A stretch of DNA of 64,000 nucleotides from Camelus dromedarius (GCF_036321535.1 NC_087438.1:11224001-11288000); one strand, 5' to 3'; counted from the stretch's first letter, positions 12,299 to 27,020 are shown. Numbers and translations are program-made. Notes: generated by a model from the letters alone, not told the origin.

Positions 12299-12869
12299 TG
12301 GCATCTTTGAGTTGCTCCTGAGTCAATGGTTTCCAGACAAAGAGAATCTTGTGTACTCATGGGGAAGTAAATCCCCTCCTACACTTCACTGGAAGGAGGA
12401 GAGCATGGGCACCCAGCTGTGCCGTGGTTGTGTGATAGAACGTCTGGTCCTACTGCCCCCTTGCCTTTGGATGGACCCAGGGCAATGGCAGAGCAAAAGA
12501 TACTGGAAGCTAATAAGCTCAGTGCAGATCTTTGAACTCCTGGGGTCTTACATTTGCCTTATTCTTTTCCCATCTGGGGTGTTGACTCACTCTGATAATC
12601 AACACTTTGCATGGACAGAAGGATATGCAAAGCTAATATGGGTCAGATAGTTTTTACCACAATCTGGACAAATTTCCTTATGTGGATATTTGACTTTGGA
12701 AAGTAATTTGCTCTTTTTGTTGCTCTCTTTTCATTAAGCCCTCATGTATATTACTATGCGTATACATATATTCCTACACTCATACATCAATTGATGCCCT
12801 CCTTTGGTACAGACCCCCATGATATGAAAACTATCTTATTTTTTTCTTGGTTTTTTTGCGTCTTTGAGT

Positions 12870-13165
12870 TGTTTTTTAAATGAGGTATATAACTGACATA
12901 TAACATTATATTCATTTCAGATGTATCACGTAATGATTCAATAGTTGTACACATTGCAAAATGATCACCACAATAAGTCTAGTTAACCTTCGTTCTCATA
13001 TATTGTTATACATTTTCCATCTGTGATGAGAACTTTTAAGATTTATTCTCTTAGCAGCTTTCAAATATGCACCACAGTATTATTAACTCTCATCCCTATG
13101 CTGTACATTACATCCCCATGCTTTATTTTATCACTGGAAGTTTGTACCCTTCACCCATTTCGCCA
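12870..13165 (-). mobile_element. L1 3' end (L1MA9-like, laurasiatherian)
   Basis: tgacatataacattatattcatttcag...aaatgatcaccacaataagtctagtt. Confidence 0.85.
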
Positions 13166-13499
13166 TTCTTAGATTGTTTTTTAAAAACAATCTTTATAAC
13201 TTGATGTCCCCTTTGTAATGGGCTTATTTGGTTCAATTCTGTATGAAACTTTACAGATAGAAAGTTCTGTCCAATAACAAAATAACTTGGCTGCATGGTT
13301 CACTTGAAAATGACAACATAGTTGTCTACCCTGTCTTTCAAACATGGGGTTTTGGCTTGTTTAGAGCTTGTTCTCTGTTCTAACACTCACCTGCAACAAT
13401 TACTTCATTCCTTTCTGTTTCTAAGGAACTTTAAAATTTAAACTCTTGGAGGCAGGAGGGTAGAAGTGGGAGGAGAGGAGGTGTTAGAGACCATAATTA

Positions 13500-13910
13500 A
13501 CCCACTAAGTTGTTGGGTAATGTGAACTCAACCTCTCCCAACATGCACTCTCTTCACTTGTAAAGTGAGGATAATAGTCCTTGTCTCACATCGAGTACAA
13601 ATTAAGGTATCAGTGGGGTATGCTTACAAAGGTTATGTACAGAGTTAATTTTTTGAGCATTTGCATATGACTTATGGTAGTAATAGTAATACTAATAATT
13701 AATACTTAATGAGTAAATACTTCATGTCTAGAATTATGCTAGTTACTCCCAATTTAATCCTTGCAATACTTGAATGAGGTACCTTTATTATTACCCCATT
13801 TTACAGATGAAGAAACTGAGACAAAGAGGTTAAGGATCTTGCCTAAGGTTGTACTGCTGGAAAGTGGTCAGCTTATGAATTGAACCCAGATAGTCTGGCT
13901 CCAGAACGAA
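13500..13910. mobile_element. Two MIR copies in opposite orientation
   Basis: ctcttcacttgtaaagtgaggataatag (+) and ccccattttacagatgaagaaactgagac (-). Confidence 0.8.
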
Positions 13911-15219
13911 GAACTTGAAACAATGCCAAGGAATCGTTTTCACCAAGTTTAGTTGGAACCAGCCTTGAAAACTGTCTCAAATGCTGCCTCTGTGCTATGG
14001 CAGGGCTGAATAGATACTCCTACATTAATGAAAATTAAACACTCCCTTTGGCTGATCTTATTCCTCAAATCATTTTCAGTTGTTTTGCAGACTTGGAATT
14101 GCTGAAAATGTTTAAATATCATATTGTTGATTTAACTTATTTTGTTGTTATGCAGCCCCCCCAAATTCTCTTTCTGTTTTAATGTTAATGGTGTATTACT
14201 GTGTGATACTGATGGATGACTGTTGCCCTCACACGTTGAGACATGGACTGAGAGGCTCAGAGATTTAGATGGCGTTATGGTGAGTGCAGCTGACAATCCC
14301 CTGGTGAAAATATGACTAAGTGACATCCCCAGAAAACTCAGGAGCCGGGGGTGGCTTGGTTAATTCTAGAATTCACTGAGGATTCATATCACATTTTGAG
14401 GAACTTCACTGGACAGAGGTAACTTGCACTATGTTTGTTGGTCCAAGTCACAAAACAACCGCAAATTTAGTCTGATCTTCAAGTATTAAGTACAAGTTAA
14501 AGTTCTCTGCTGCCATTTCTGATAGCTCAGAGTCTTTGGAAGTCCTGTACTAAATTTGGTCGGATTAACTTCATGGGAACGAGATGACTTTCTGAAGAAA
14601 AGAATTCCAGTTTAGCTCTGTGACCTTATGATTACAAGAAAAGTGTCAATGATTAAGATTTTTTAGCACTTATAAATAAATTTCACAAGTAATTGTATTT
14701 GATCCTCCCAAATTCTTACGGTTTCAATAGGATAAGCATTATTATCTACATTTCCACTGTGAGAAGTAAGACTCAGAATAATCAAACCAATGAATGTTCC
14801 ACTGTGGACTTAAACACAAGCCTCAGACACCAAGCCTTCTTAAATGAAGGATCTCTTTTATTTATTGTTCTCTCTCAATACTTAGGGGCAACTGCCAATT
14901 TCCATGCTGTCTCATAATATGTTACCTCCAAAATCCAAATGGTAGACCACAACAAATTCTAAAATCCAGAAGACAAAGAGGCCAAATGGCTAGAAAGCAA
15001 TAGAGAAATGGAGCACTGAAAAGGGAGCATTGAGGATGAATCTAGGGGTGGACGTAGTGAATTAATTAACTTAGTTTGCTCTTTCATGGTATTCCTTCTT
15101 AATACTGTATAGTGGGCAACGACAAAAATCCCAGAAAGAAGACCATTTTTAATGCAATTAGTTTTATTCCAGTGATAGAGGAGGAAGGACTAGAGGAGCA
15201 TTTACATTTATTGGAGTAG

Positions 15220-15400
15220 TTTGCCACCTCACCGAATGCTGTATAAACGTTGCATTTCTTCATCTTTGCCACAACCCAAGTAGGCAGTGGTACCTGCATT
15301 CTACAGATGAATAAACTTAGAATAAGAAGTGGAGGTAGGTTGCCTGAGCTCACGCAGCTTAGAGTTTCTATACCAGAACCTGAAACCAGAATGTCCGTTG
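15220..15400 (-). mobile_element. MIR SINE
   Basis: cattctacagatgaataaacttag...ttgcctgagctcacgcagct. Confidence 0.6.
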
Positions 15401-17149
15401 TTTCTACAGAGCATTCTGCTCTCTAGAGCCTAGATTAGAGTAAGCGCTGAAAATACCAGTGTGCAACAACACATGTGTGCTTACGACCAGCACACATTTT
15501 TAATGAAAATTTTTATAAAGGAAATGTGAACACGAAGTGGATAGAGTGAATCAGCAGTGTTTGAATGTATACTTCACTGTCCTACTGTTAGCTGCTACTG
15601 AATTTAGTTTGCCTTGAACACATTGACTATTGATGTGACTATAATGTATACTGATACGTATTTTCACTAATACTTAAGTCATCCAAGAATTGAAGTTGTT
15701 TTTGTAGATCCTATGTGGTGCCTTCTTTAACACTGTGGCTTTTTGTTTTTTCTTTTTTAGCTTTTGTACTGGGGATGAGGGCACTTGTTTGTCAATGAAC
15801 TCTCCATTTTTAAATCCAGGTGAAAGAATGTGTGTAAAACCTCCTGGGATGCAGAAAATGAAGAGATCTATAATGAGATACACATAAAAGGGCACTAGAC
15901 TCTGGCTTTAGGCTCTCCATGAAGGATTTTCTCTAGTAACATGGCCATTTCTACGTTTTAAAATCTTTCGAACATTCCTGTGGTCATTGTTTTTATCCTG
16001 TCTGAACTTTAACTGTTCATTATTTACAGAGCCAAGTGCATCAGGCCCCAGGATGGCTCGAACCTGGCCAATTGAAGGGCCCACATTCCTGCAAGATAAG
16101 GTCTCAGTTACCAGCTTCCACATGCATTTACGTGAAGGTTATTTTTCCACTTGGGTTCCTTTAGCCACAGTAATTTTCCGTGTCTCCCATCCGCTAGCCT
16201 TATGCCCTGTTGCGGACTTCTGTTGAACGATGAATACCAGCTGAAATGATCTTCCCTGGAAACTATGGAGGAATGACCACTTGAACTCAGACTCTGTAAC
16301 TGTTTTATTGTCTCAGGCTGTGCTCATCAGAGTCTCAGCCAAGTCAATTTCAACTTTTTTGGGAGCCAGATTTTCTCTTACGCTTTTAGGAAAATGGCCA
16401 TATTTTCATTTCCTTTCACGACATACTTACTTTCTTTTTATTGCAGTGCATGTATACTTTGACATTGGAAATCTAACAAGACTTTCTTATTGGTTGCTCA
16501 ATTAGCATATTACTGGTTCAAGTCATTATGTGGACAAGTCTTATAGTTATAAAAGCTATATGTAGACCTGGGGAACAATAGAATAGCAAAGGAAAATTCA
16601 TGTTATAAGGTCCTGAGAATAAAACAGAAGAAAAGAGGCTATCACATTTTGGCAGGATAACTCTAAGTTTACTGGTTAAACTTGTCTCCACTCTCCTGTT
16701 CATGTGCTTGAGCAGGTATTTATTTCTGGTAATGTAAAGACATCCAAAGGTGTTCTCATGGCTTGGCTTTTTAAATATTTATCTTACAAAGGTGTAACTG
16801 CAGCAGACTGCTGGGGTGTCATCTAGGCAAGACTACACAAAAAAAGATGCCAAATGGGTTGAACTCTGAGAGTCTGAGGTCAAATATTTATAGGTTCTAC
16901 TTAGCCCTCTGTAATCTTCTTCTCCCTGTGTGCTTCCACTTTGTGCAAAGTTGGGACCACTTCATTCCTCCCTGTAGCATTAGCTTGACGTGGTCTCCAG
17001 GGCCAATCTTGACTTTGGCCAGAAGGCTTTAAGGAGCTGCAACAGAGTTCTTTGGGCTTTCACCAAATGGCACCTATTTTTATCTGGTCCTGACCTTGTT
17101 TCCAGGCGTGAGAAGTGGCCTGCTGCCTGATTCCAAGACTGAAAAGCCA

Positions 17150-18575
17150 CAGGAAAGAAGACAGTGTATGTTAATGTAAAGGCAGGCAAATAGATCAGTA
17201 GAACAGAAAAAAGTCTAGAAATACAAGTAGAAAAAAGTCTTTAAAAGTCTACAAAATTGATTTTTGAGAAATGTGCAAAGCCAGTTAATTCAATGAAGAA
17301 AGGATAATCTTTATGACAAATGATACTGAAACATTTGGACAGTTATGTGCAACAAAATTAATTCCAACCGTTACTTCATTCTATATATAAACAATAACTC
17401 AAAATGGATTGTAGACCAAAACTGAAGACTTAAGACAAACAAACAGACAAAACAAAACTTTTAAAAGAGAACACAGGAGAAAATCTTAGTGACCTTGGGT
17501 TTGCCAAGACTTATTAATAAGAAACAAAAAGCCTAAATGACAAAAGAAAAAAAATCAATACATTAGATTTTATTAAACTTAAAACATTTTGCTTTTGAAA
17601 AGCCGTTATTAAGGAAAAAGTGCAGGGCACAGACTGGACATAGATATTTGCAATGTATAGATCTAACGAGGACTTGATTCTGGAATATATAAAGAATTAT
17701 AACTCAATAATAAAAAGATCAACCCCCCCCCCAAAATGGGCAAAACATTTGAACAGACATTTTACTAAAGAAGATGGGTGAGAATCAAAAAGTTACATGA
17801 GGAAATGCTCAGTATCACCAATCATTAGAGAAATGCTAATTAAAACTGCAGTGAGTCATCACTACAGACCTCTTAGAGTGGCTAAAATTAAAAAGTTTAA
17901 AAGGACTGATATATGAAGTACAGGTGAGGGTGTAGAACAAATGTTAACGTTCACTGCTGAGGGGAATGTACAACGGTATATAGCCAATTTAGAAAACAAT
18001 TTAATAGTTTCTTAAGAAGTTAAACGTACTCCTACCGTGCAATCCAGCCATTCTACTTTTAAGTACTTGTCCAACATAAATGAAGTATAAGTTCCATACA
18101 AAGGCTTGTGCACAAATGTTCATAGCTGCTTTATTTATAATAGCACAGAGCTGGAAATAACCCAAATGTTCATCAATAGTTTGGTGGACAAATTGTGAAA
18201 TATCCATACAGTGGAAAACTATTCAAGAAAAATAAACTATTGATGCGTGCACCAACATGGATGGATCTCAAAATAATCATACTGAGAGAAAGAAACCAGA
18301 CAATAACATACTCTATAAAGTTCTAGAAAATATTAACTAATCTTAGTGACCAAAAACAGATCGTTGATTGCCTGGGGACACTGAGATGTGGGGAGAGGGG
18401 AGATAAAGATTGCCAAGAGGCACAAGGAAACTTTGGCAGGTGATGGTTATGTTCATTTACTGGACTGTGAGAATGATTTCAAAGATGTATATGTGTGTTA
18501 AAGCTCAGCAGCCTGTACATGTTAAATATTTGTCTTTTATTGTACATCAGCTATACCTCCATTAAGTGAACTAAA
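17150..18575 (+). mobile_element. Old L1M (MB/MC-like) ORF2 3' part plus 3'UTR, non-coding
   Basis: aaaatgggcaaaacatttgaacagacattt; cagagctggaaataacccaaatgttcatcaa; 3'UTR ends ttttattgtacatcagctatacctcc. Confidence 0.9.
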
Positions 18576-21500
18576 AATTCATTTAACTCTAATGTAAGTG
18601 CTAACGTATCCTACTAAAGAAAGTTAAAAAGAAGTGGACTGTGACCCCCTTTCTACCTGGCATCTCATTTCTAAGAAATGTACTCTCCAAGCCTGAGATC
18701 CTGTCTCAGCATTGTGTCTGGTACCTATTAACTCTAGGACCTGCTTCGGTCTTTCCTCCAGTTTAATGGTCTATACGTTCTTACAAATTTTCTCATGTCT
18801 GTCTGTTTCTATTTTTGAGTTTTGCCTACTACTGGATTCTTTCCAGCTGTGCTTTCTCTCCCCATTGGGCTATCCTGTTATTTCATATCTTGCTCTCATC
18901 AGCTCTGCCAGCATACCTGACAGTATACTTTCGCCTTGCTCTCTGAAGTAATGTTTACCAGGCCACATTTTATTTCACTCATTGAACTTGAAATGCTCTC
19001 ATTATTCATTGTGTCCCATCCTCAAACTTAGCCATCTTCAGTTGCTGAATCGTTTCCTGATACTGGCCCCTAAAGTCTGACTGGTTCTTTACGACACGGC
19101 TGTGGTCAGAATTTAAGAATATGTTGTAGTCATGCGCCGTTTTGCTAACTGGTGCTGGAATGTTGCAGCCCCATGCAAAATCTTTAAGTAGGGGAGGGTT
19201 AGTCTCTACAGCTTAAGTTTTCTTTTATATTTGATACTCAAGACCTAACCCAGACCTGAATTCTTGTTTCACAAGAATTATTATTGGGAATGGAACTTAG
19301 CATTTGTTTTATTTCCCTTTACTATTATAACTATATTTGCCTCCATTTCCCCTCATCTGTGTGCATTTCTTCTTTCTTTTACATCAGTCTGAAATCTAAA
19401 TGCCAACACATCTTCTTTTCATAGTGGACTTGTCTACAAATCTTTTCATTTTACGTTTTGCTCTGTCCACCTTAGTACCCACGCGTATGCCTGTGTTTCT
19501 GTTTTCCCTTGTTCGGTCCTTGTTCGTGAGTCTCTCTCCTCTTTTGTTCACTTCTGATTTTCTCTAATTTCTTTGATTAGGATAAAAACACCTGCATCTT
19601 CAAATGGCTGGGTAAAAAGTGATAACTTATCTACTTCAGGTTAGCAAGTTTTTCTACGTGACCCGAATGTAGGGCTGCTTCTCTGAAGTACCGATTTCCT
19701 TGATAGCGAAGGAGTTTTGCCATCCTCTGACCAGCTCTTTTCTAGCCATGTAGACGCAGCCCTACTCGGAGACCACTCTGTGCAGCAGTCACTCCGGTAG
19801 CGTCTACGTTCCTTTTGGTCTTGTCTTCTCTCCCCCTTTCGATCACACTTCCTCGAGTGTAAAGGATTTGCTCAAGCCTTGGGCCAACAGCTCAGCCTCC
19901 TGCTTCATGAACAACTTTATAAGCCCGTTTCATTCTGGATTTGGAAGGTTGTGCTAATACCCACAGGAAAGAAATGCCTTAAGATTTCATTTAAATTTCA
20001 GTTTATCTGGAATTGCTGATAACCTTTATTCAGATTCCATTGTCAAAGATTTCTGACCCACGGGCTCAATTTCCCTGATAGGAATTACCTTTCTGGATGA
20101 GAAGGTTATCAAAATTTTCCAAGTAACTTTGCCTCTCACCCATCTGGTACAGTGTGTTGTAGGACTCCTTAGGCTCCTGAGGAACATAATTAAACTTCAA
20201 GAAGGTGTGCTGTGCAAGCTAATGGCAAATTAAAACAAAACAAAACAAACAAACACAAGATGAAACATGAAGCAGTTTCAAATTCTCCAAAGTGTCACCT
20301 CTAGTAGAAAAAGTTCATGGGACTAAAAAAGTCTCATTTTACCCACGTGTCCTCACTGCCTTTACCTGCAGTGAGGGCATAGCTTCCTTTTGCGGGTTTT
20401 CTGCACAGAAGCTGCCAGAAATGACGTGGACCTTCAGTTCTCCTGACTTGGCATGACCAACCCCTTTTCACTTTTCCTCAGCGTGGTATCTATTTACAGA
20501 AACTTGCCCATTTACTGAAAACATGAATGATTTTGACTCGAACTCGGAAAACCAGTGAACGTCATTCAGCAGCACTGAACCTGTCAACACATGGGAGTGA
20601 GGTGTGTGGTCATGCAGATGTCCCGTGTACCTCACGTGAGTCACACACACCAAACAGTGAACTAATTAGACCTAAGTAAACTGGCTTTCATTCCCACGGA
20701 CAGTGGGACCTTTCTCTATTTCTTAGAGAAGGGTTCATTTTTATTCTAAGGCGAGGGTCTGTAACTCCTTGGAATACCTCAGACTGGTTCTCAAATCAGG
20801 CCAGATGAAACTGGCAATTCACAGATGGTACCTTGATGTGTCAGGGGTAGGGAATTTAATTAGGCTCATTTGCATCATTGAGAACGAAGGCTGGGAATCC
20901 ATTTGTGCAAGGATGAAATTAAAAGAGAATCATCTGCCTCTTAATTCTATATATGAGGAAAATTTATAAAACAGCAACAAACCCCAGAACTGTTCTTTAG
21001 CAATCTGCTTACCACCAGCCATAAACTGGCTTTCTTATAGTTTGAAAGCCTGATGCATATTCAGGAGCTGTCTCTCTATTTTAATATTCTGGATGTCTAT
21101 TACTTATAGCTCGTTTTTATCTTGAATTTAATACCTGAAGGATTCAAGGTTATTTAAAAGATTCAAAACCTCTAACTATTCCCGAAAGCTTTTAATTTCT
21201 CAGACAGAAAACTTCCTGATTAGAAAAACGGGCGCCTGCTTGGCTCCTTGGAACCCTGAACTATAAGAGATATTGTCTGAGATTTTTTGATGGCTTTTCT
21301 CTGTGTGTATTAGATAAATTTTAGAAGCCCAAGGCTTAGCATTTCACTTTTGATATTTTTAAAAAATGGCATCCTGTTTACATGCTAGAAAATTTCTCAG
21401 AATGTGGTTCAAATGGATCTGACTGTGAGCTGAGGTACAGCTAATTGGGCATGGCATGTGTAGAGCACCTGGCTTCAGAAACACCCACGTTCCTGGTGTG

Positions 21501-21849
21501 GCTGTACTAAGATGGTTACTGATGTCAGCACACATTTTAGTGTGAGTCACATTTGAACATCCTGTGTCAATCAGTCCAAGTTGTGGAAACAAGCAGAGGC
21601 TATATTTCTTCATGTGGTACCAGAATTGATACGGAAATATAACTTCGACTAAATTAATTAGCATGTCCATACGTGCGGTATATAATCAGCAAAGAGGCTG
21701 CAGTAAAATGCCTTTATAAACAGACTGTGGCTGATCAGTGTGCCTGAAAGTTGTGGTTGCAGTGTGCCTGAGCTAGTTGTGTTTCCATGAATTCAGACAT
21801 CCACCATTCCCCATGGTCTTGGGGGCACCACAGAGTCTACTTTTGAGAC

Positions 21850-22020
21850 TTGGAATCTTGGAACATGGAAACTGAGAGAGACCTAAGTGCCTATTAGACC
21901 AACTCACTCATTTTATAGACGTAGGAACTGTATTCCCAGAAGGTGAATGACTTACAAATCTGGCATCTCACAAAGCCTTGACCAAGACTCGGGTCATTTG
22001 ACCGCGTCCTTTGCTGCAGC
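21850..22020 (-). mobile_element. MIR SINE
   Basis: ctcattttatagacgtaggaactg...aggtgaatgactta. Confidence 0.6.
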
Positions 22021-23504
22021 CAGTAACACTGTCAGTGTATCTGGAGTGCTCCGCTCTGTACAAAGTATGTTCCCATCACCAGGACTAAATGCTGTTCGAG
22101 CCCTTAATCTTGATGTTCAGAATCATTTTTGTGTAGAAGTGAGTTTATAATTCTTATTTTACTCAAAATACTATAAACATTTTATAGAAAAAAAAACAAC
22201 CTTTTTTGTTTATGTGCTTAGCCGAGTTTACAGTCATTTGGAAATTTTAGCTTTCGGTTTGCAGTAGAAACTAGAATTCTAGATTCTATATAGAGAAACA
22301 GATGGTTTCACAATATATGCTAAAGACTTAAATTTTTAGATCTAGTTAGAAATATATTTTGAGACATTGTAAATGGATAAGTTCATGTGAATCACATGTC
22401 AAATTGCAATATAACATTGGTAAACAGTAAGGATGCACCTACACACACATATAGTTGTTATTATAGTAAAGAAAAATTGGAGCTGAACTGTAAACAATGA
22501 ATATCTAATAGATGTGTCAAGTTTGAAAAACATAGCAAATCTAGTGTATGGGACAATCAGTTTTAATTAGGAAACGGTCATGTGTCCCACCAAACTCATT
22601 TTATATAGAATTGTCAGTATTGAGCTCTCTGGGAATTGCTTACATGAAGGGTAGACTATACATTGTACATAGCAGAATCAGATGCAGTCAGAAAAACAGG
22701 CTAAAGTGACATTATAAAAATGGAAATGAGAAAGATCCCATTCGTAATCATGTGAGGAAAAAGCCATGAAATACCTAGGAATGAATTTAATGAGAAAGAC
22801 TCTGTGAAGAGAACTATAAAATTACATTGAAACATATAAAACAAAACCCAAATAAATGGAAACACAGACCAGGTTCTGGATAAGGAGGCAATATCATAAA
22901 AATGTCACTTCTTTTGAAATTAACATATAAATTTAACGTAGTCTCAATCAGAATAGTTTTTTCCTCTCTGGAACACGTAAGTGATCCTAAAGTGTATATG
23001 GAAGGATAAACACAGGAAGAATGCCAAGAAAACCTCGAAATGGAGCAACAGCAAAGGGGCTTGTCCTACTAGATATGAAAACTTAATATAAAGCTACTTT
23101 AAGCAAAGTGGTATAGTACTGGCCTGCAATAAACAAACAATTTTAGAGAACAAACAGAGGTCATTTAACATATAATTAAAGATGGCATTATAAATCAGTG
23201 AATAATTTATGTGTTATTCAGTTAATAAAATTGAAAGAATTGGGTGTACTTTTGGAAGAGTTTACAATTTTATTCCTTCATCATTATATAATAACAAATT
23301 ACAGATGAATGAAAAATCTGAATGCTAAAAAGTAAGACCACAATAGTTTTGGAAAACACCAGAGAATATTTGTGTAATCATCATGTAGTGATTGTTTTTA
23401 AGCAAGACTAAAACCATAAAAATATAAAGAAAAAAATGACACATTTGATTTCATGAAATTTAAAAACATATGTGAGGCAAAGACTTTTTAAAGTGTGTAG
23501 TGTA

Positions 23505-23990
23505 AAAGGTAGCGGACATTTTAAATGTTTACTCACTGGCCACCAACTTTTAAATGTCATTCAGATGTTTGGGGAATTATCTCCTTTACAATTTATCCTT
23601 CTTAAAATAGAAGCCAGAAATCCAATTTCCCAGCCTCCCTTGCAGCTCTTGTTGAGACTGGCCTCCTGACTCAGATGCAGCCATTCTAATCTCGGATTCG
23701 CGAGATGTGGAGAAGGGGCCTCATGAAATTATGTTGAGAGCGTCAGAGAAGCATCCAGCTGTTGTCAGTGACATCTGTACATTGGGGCTTGGAAAGAGCA
23801 GGGTGTCTAATGTAACAATGCAGCAGCTTAATTTGGACATTTCCCCTAGCTTTGTAGATCAGCTACAGAGATCAGTTGTTTGTTTCTTCTTGGAACTTCT
23901 GTGATCTATCTAATACTCTTTAATAAGTTATTTTTCAGCTAAAACCAGTAGGAGTGAATTGTGTTTGCAACCAAGAATTATGACTGAGTT
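23505..23990 (+). mobile_element. ERVL LTR (LTR33-like)
   Basis: tttcccagcctcccttgcagct and terminal tttaataag...ttgcaaccaagaattatgactga. Confidence 0.65.
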
Positions 23991-24075
23991 ACTTCCAAAA
24001 AAGGTCAAAAGACAAATGATAGTCTGGGAGAACGTTACAAATCAAATAACAAAGGATCAAAAATATGTAAATGAT

Positions 24076-25160
24076 GCACAGCAAAGGAAACCATAAATAA
24101 AACAAAACAACAACCTATAGAATGGGAGAAAATTTTTGCAAACGATGAAACCGACAGAGGCTTGTTCTCCAGAATATACAAGCAGCTCATAGGACATAAT
24201 AAGAAAAAAACAAACAACCCAATCCAAAAATGGGCAGAAGACCTAAACAAGCAATTCTCCGAGGAAGACATACAAATGATCAATAGGCAAGTGAAAAATG
24301 CTGAATATCACTAATTATCAGAGAAATGCAAATCAAAACTACAATGAGGTATCACCTCATACCAGTCAGAATGGCCATCATTCAAAAGTCCACAAATGAC
24401 AAATGTTGGAGAGGCTGTGGAGAAAAGGGAACCCTCCTTCACTGCTGGTGGGAATGCAGTTTGGTGCAGCCACTGTGGAAAACAGTATGGAGATTCCTCA
24501 AAAGACTAAGAATAGACTTACCATACGACCCAGGAATCCCACTCCTGGGCATATATCTGGAGGGAACTCTAATTGGAAAAGATACATGCACCCCAATGTT
24601 CAAAGCAGCACTATTTACCATAGCTAAGACATGGAAACAGCCCAAATGTCCATCAACATATGACTGGATAAAGAAGATTTGGTATATTTATACAATGGAA
24701 TACTATTCAGCCACAAAAAACCGACAACATAACGCCATTTGCAGCAGCATGGATGTTCCTGGAGAATGTCATTCTAAGTGAAGTAAGCCAGAAAGAGAAA
24801 TAAAAATACCATATGAGTTCTCTTATATGTGGAATCTAAAAACAAAACATAAATACAAAACAGAAACAGACTCATAGACATAGAACACAAACTTGTGGTT
24901 GCCAAGGGGGCAGGGAGGTGAGAAGGGACAGACTGGGATTTCAAAATTGTAGATACTGACAGGCATATGTAGAGTAGATAAACAAGATTATACTGTATAG
25001 CACAGGGAAATATATACAAGATCTTGTGGTAGCTCACAGCAAAAAATAAAATATGACAATGAATATATATGTATGTTCATGTATAACTGAAAAATTGTGC
25101 TCTACACTGGAATTTGACACAACATTGTAAAATGACTATAAATCAATTAAAAAATCTTTA
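24076..25160 (+). mobile_element. Young 5'-truncated L1 (ORF2 C-terminus plus 3'UTR) with 17-bp TSD
   Basis: Perfect TSD aaaaatatgtaaatgat at 24059-24075 and 25161-25177; A-rich tail. Confidence 0.95.
24326..24781 (+). pseudogene. L1 ORF2p C-terminal cysteine-rich region remnant
   Basis: [11 protein letters not shown]...[30 protein letters not shown]...YTMEYYSA. The frame is lost near the end and the element is truncated. Confidence 0.95.
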
Positions 25161-25866
25161 AAAAATATGTAAATGATATAAGCAGGCAATCCGCTAAACA
25201 ATAAAGTGCAAATAAAAAGCTGCATCACCTCCTGGATAATACAGGAAACAATAATAAAATCACAAGTTTCACCATCACATTTGTTAAAACTTAAAATGTG
25301 GTTAGAATTCAGGGCTTGTAAGAATGTATGAAAATAACTACTCATACCCGGCTGGGAGGAATGTATGCTTGTGACCTTGTGACACTTTATACAGTGCAAA
25401 TGTGAACACTCATCGATCTGTTCGCTTCATTTATACAGACTTATTCAAAAACAAAAACATTCAATTTTTAAGATGGGCAAACACAAACACACATAAATAC
25501 AAATGAGAACATTAATCACAGTTTTCTTTGGAATAGGAAACATCTGGAAACAGCTGAAATGATCATCAGGAGAAAGATGGTGTGAGGGGGGATATACTCC
25601 TGTCGTTTGGGATTCTTCAGCAGGTTACAGTGGGTCTGTTTGTATCAGCTTGGAAGACTGTTCTTAGTATATTTTTAAATGAAAATGTCAAATAACATGT
25701 TCTCCCAATATAAAAGATTTTATGTGTGAATGTATTTTGTAAGAAAAGTTAATATTATAGAAGTTATGCACCAAATTGTGACTGCTATGGAGGTGATGTT
25801 GGATGTGGGAGGGAGAAACTCTAAGCTTTACTTTAGATGTTTCTGTATAGTTTACATTTGACACAT

Positions 25867-26258
25867 TTTTTTTAAATTGTAGTATAGTCAGTTACTGTGT
25901 ATCAATTTCTGTTATACGGCATAACGTCCCAGTCATACATGTACATACATAGAGTCGTTTTCATATTCTTTTTCATTATATATTACTATAAGATATTGAG
26001 TATAGTTCCCTGTGGTATACAGAAGAAATTTGTTTTTTAATCTGTTTTATGTATAGTGTTAATATTTGCACATCTCAAACTCTCAATTTATCCCTTCCCA
26101 CCCCCTTTCCGCCCTATGTAAAATTGTTTACTATGTCTGCAAGTCTGTTTCTGTTTTGTAGATAAGTTCATTTAGTGTCTTTTTTTTCCCCTTTTGTTAG
26201 TCACCATATGTTAGTGATATCATATAGTATTTTACTTTCTCTTTCTGGCTTACTTCAC
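25867..26258 (-). mobile_element. Young L1 3'UTR fragment
   Basis: ttgtagtatagtcagttac...tttctggcttacttcac; same subfamily as the 34750 and 50384 copies. Confidence 0.9.
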
Positions 26259-26449
26259 AATTGCTTTTATAATCCAAATGATGCTGAAAAATGCATGATA
26301 GTGAAATCCTGTACCACCAGCACACTTTCACCCAACAGCATATTGTATGTAAACTGGAGAGGTGAGGTCCTCCACTCTCCTTTCCCTGCTCTAGCAGCTC
26401 AGGGTCTAGCAACAGTAAGGCAGGTTGAAGAATTTTCTTTTTCTCCCCT

Positions 26450-26943
26450 CTTTTAAAATTTTATTATTTTTTTATCCAATTTTTCAAGGATACTTTCCAT
26501 TTACAGTTATTACAAAATGTTGGCCATATTCCCCATGTTGTACAATACATCCTTGAGTCTGTTGCTAATCATTTGGAAATGCAAGTCAAAATCACAATGA
26601 ACTATCACCTCACACCTGTCAGAATGGTTATTGTCAAAAATAATACAAATAACCAGTGTTGGTGAGTATGTGGAGAAAAGGGAACCCTCATACACTGTTG
26701 GTGGGAATGTAAATTGTTGCAACCACTGCGGAAAACAGTATGGAGGTTTCTAAAAAAACTAAAAATAGAACTACCATATGACCTAGGAATGAAATTCCTG
26801 GGTATATATTAAAAAAAACCAAAAAACAAAAACCCCACTAATTCAAAAAGGTCCATATACCCTGATGTAACAACAGCATTATTTACAATGCCAAGATATG
26901 GAAACCATCTAAATGTCCATCAACAGATGAATCCATAAAGATG

Positions 26944-27020
<77 letters not shown>

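Larger units (their letters stand above)
22450..25850 (+). mobile_element. Ancient L1ME-like fragments hosting later insertions
   Basis: aaatacctaggaatgaatttaa, tactagatatgaaaacttaatataaagctac, aaaggtcaaaagacaaatga. Continues after 25177. Confidence 0.6.

Noticed and set aside
24326..24781. 151-aa ORF as a host gene
   Set aside because: It is the L1 ORF2p C-terminus inside a truncated, TSD-flanked L1.
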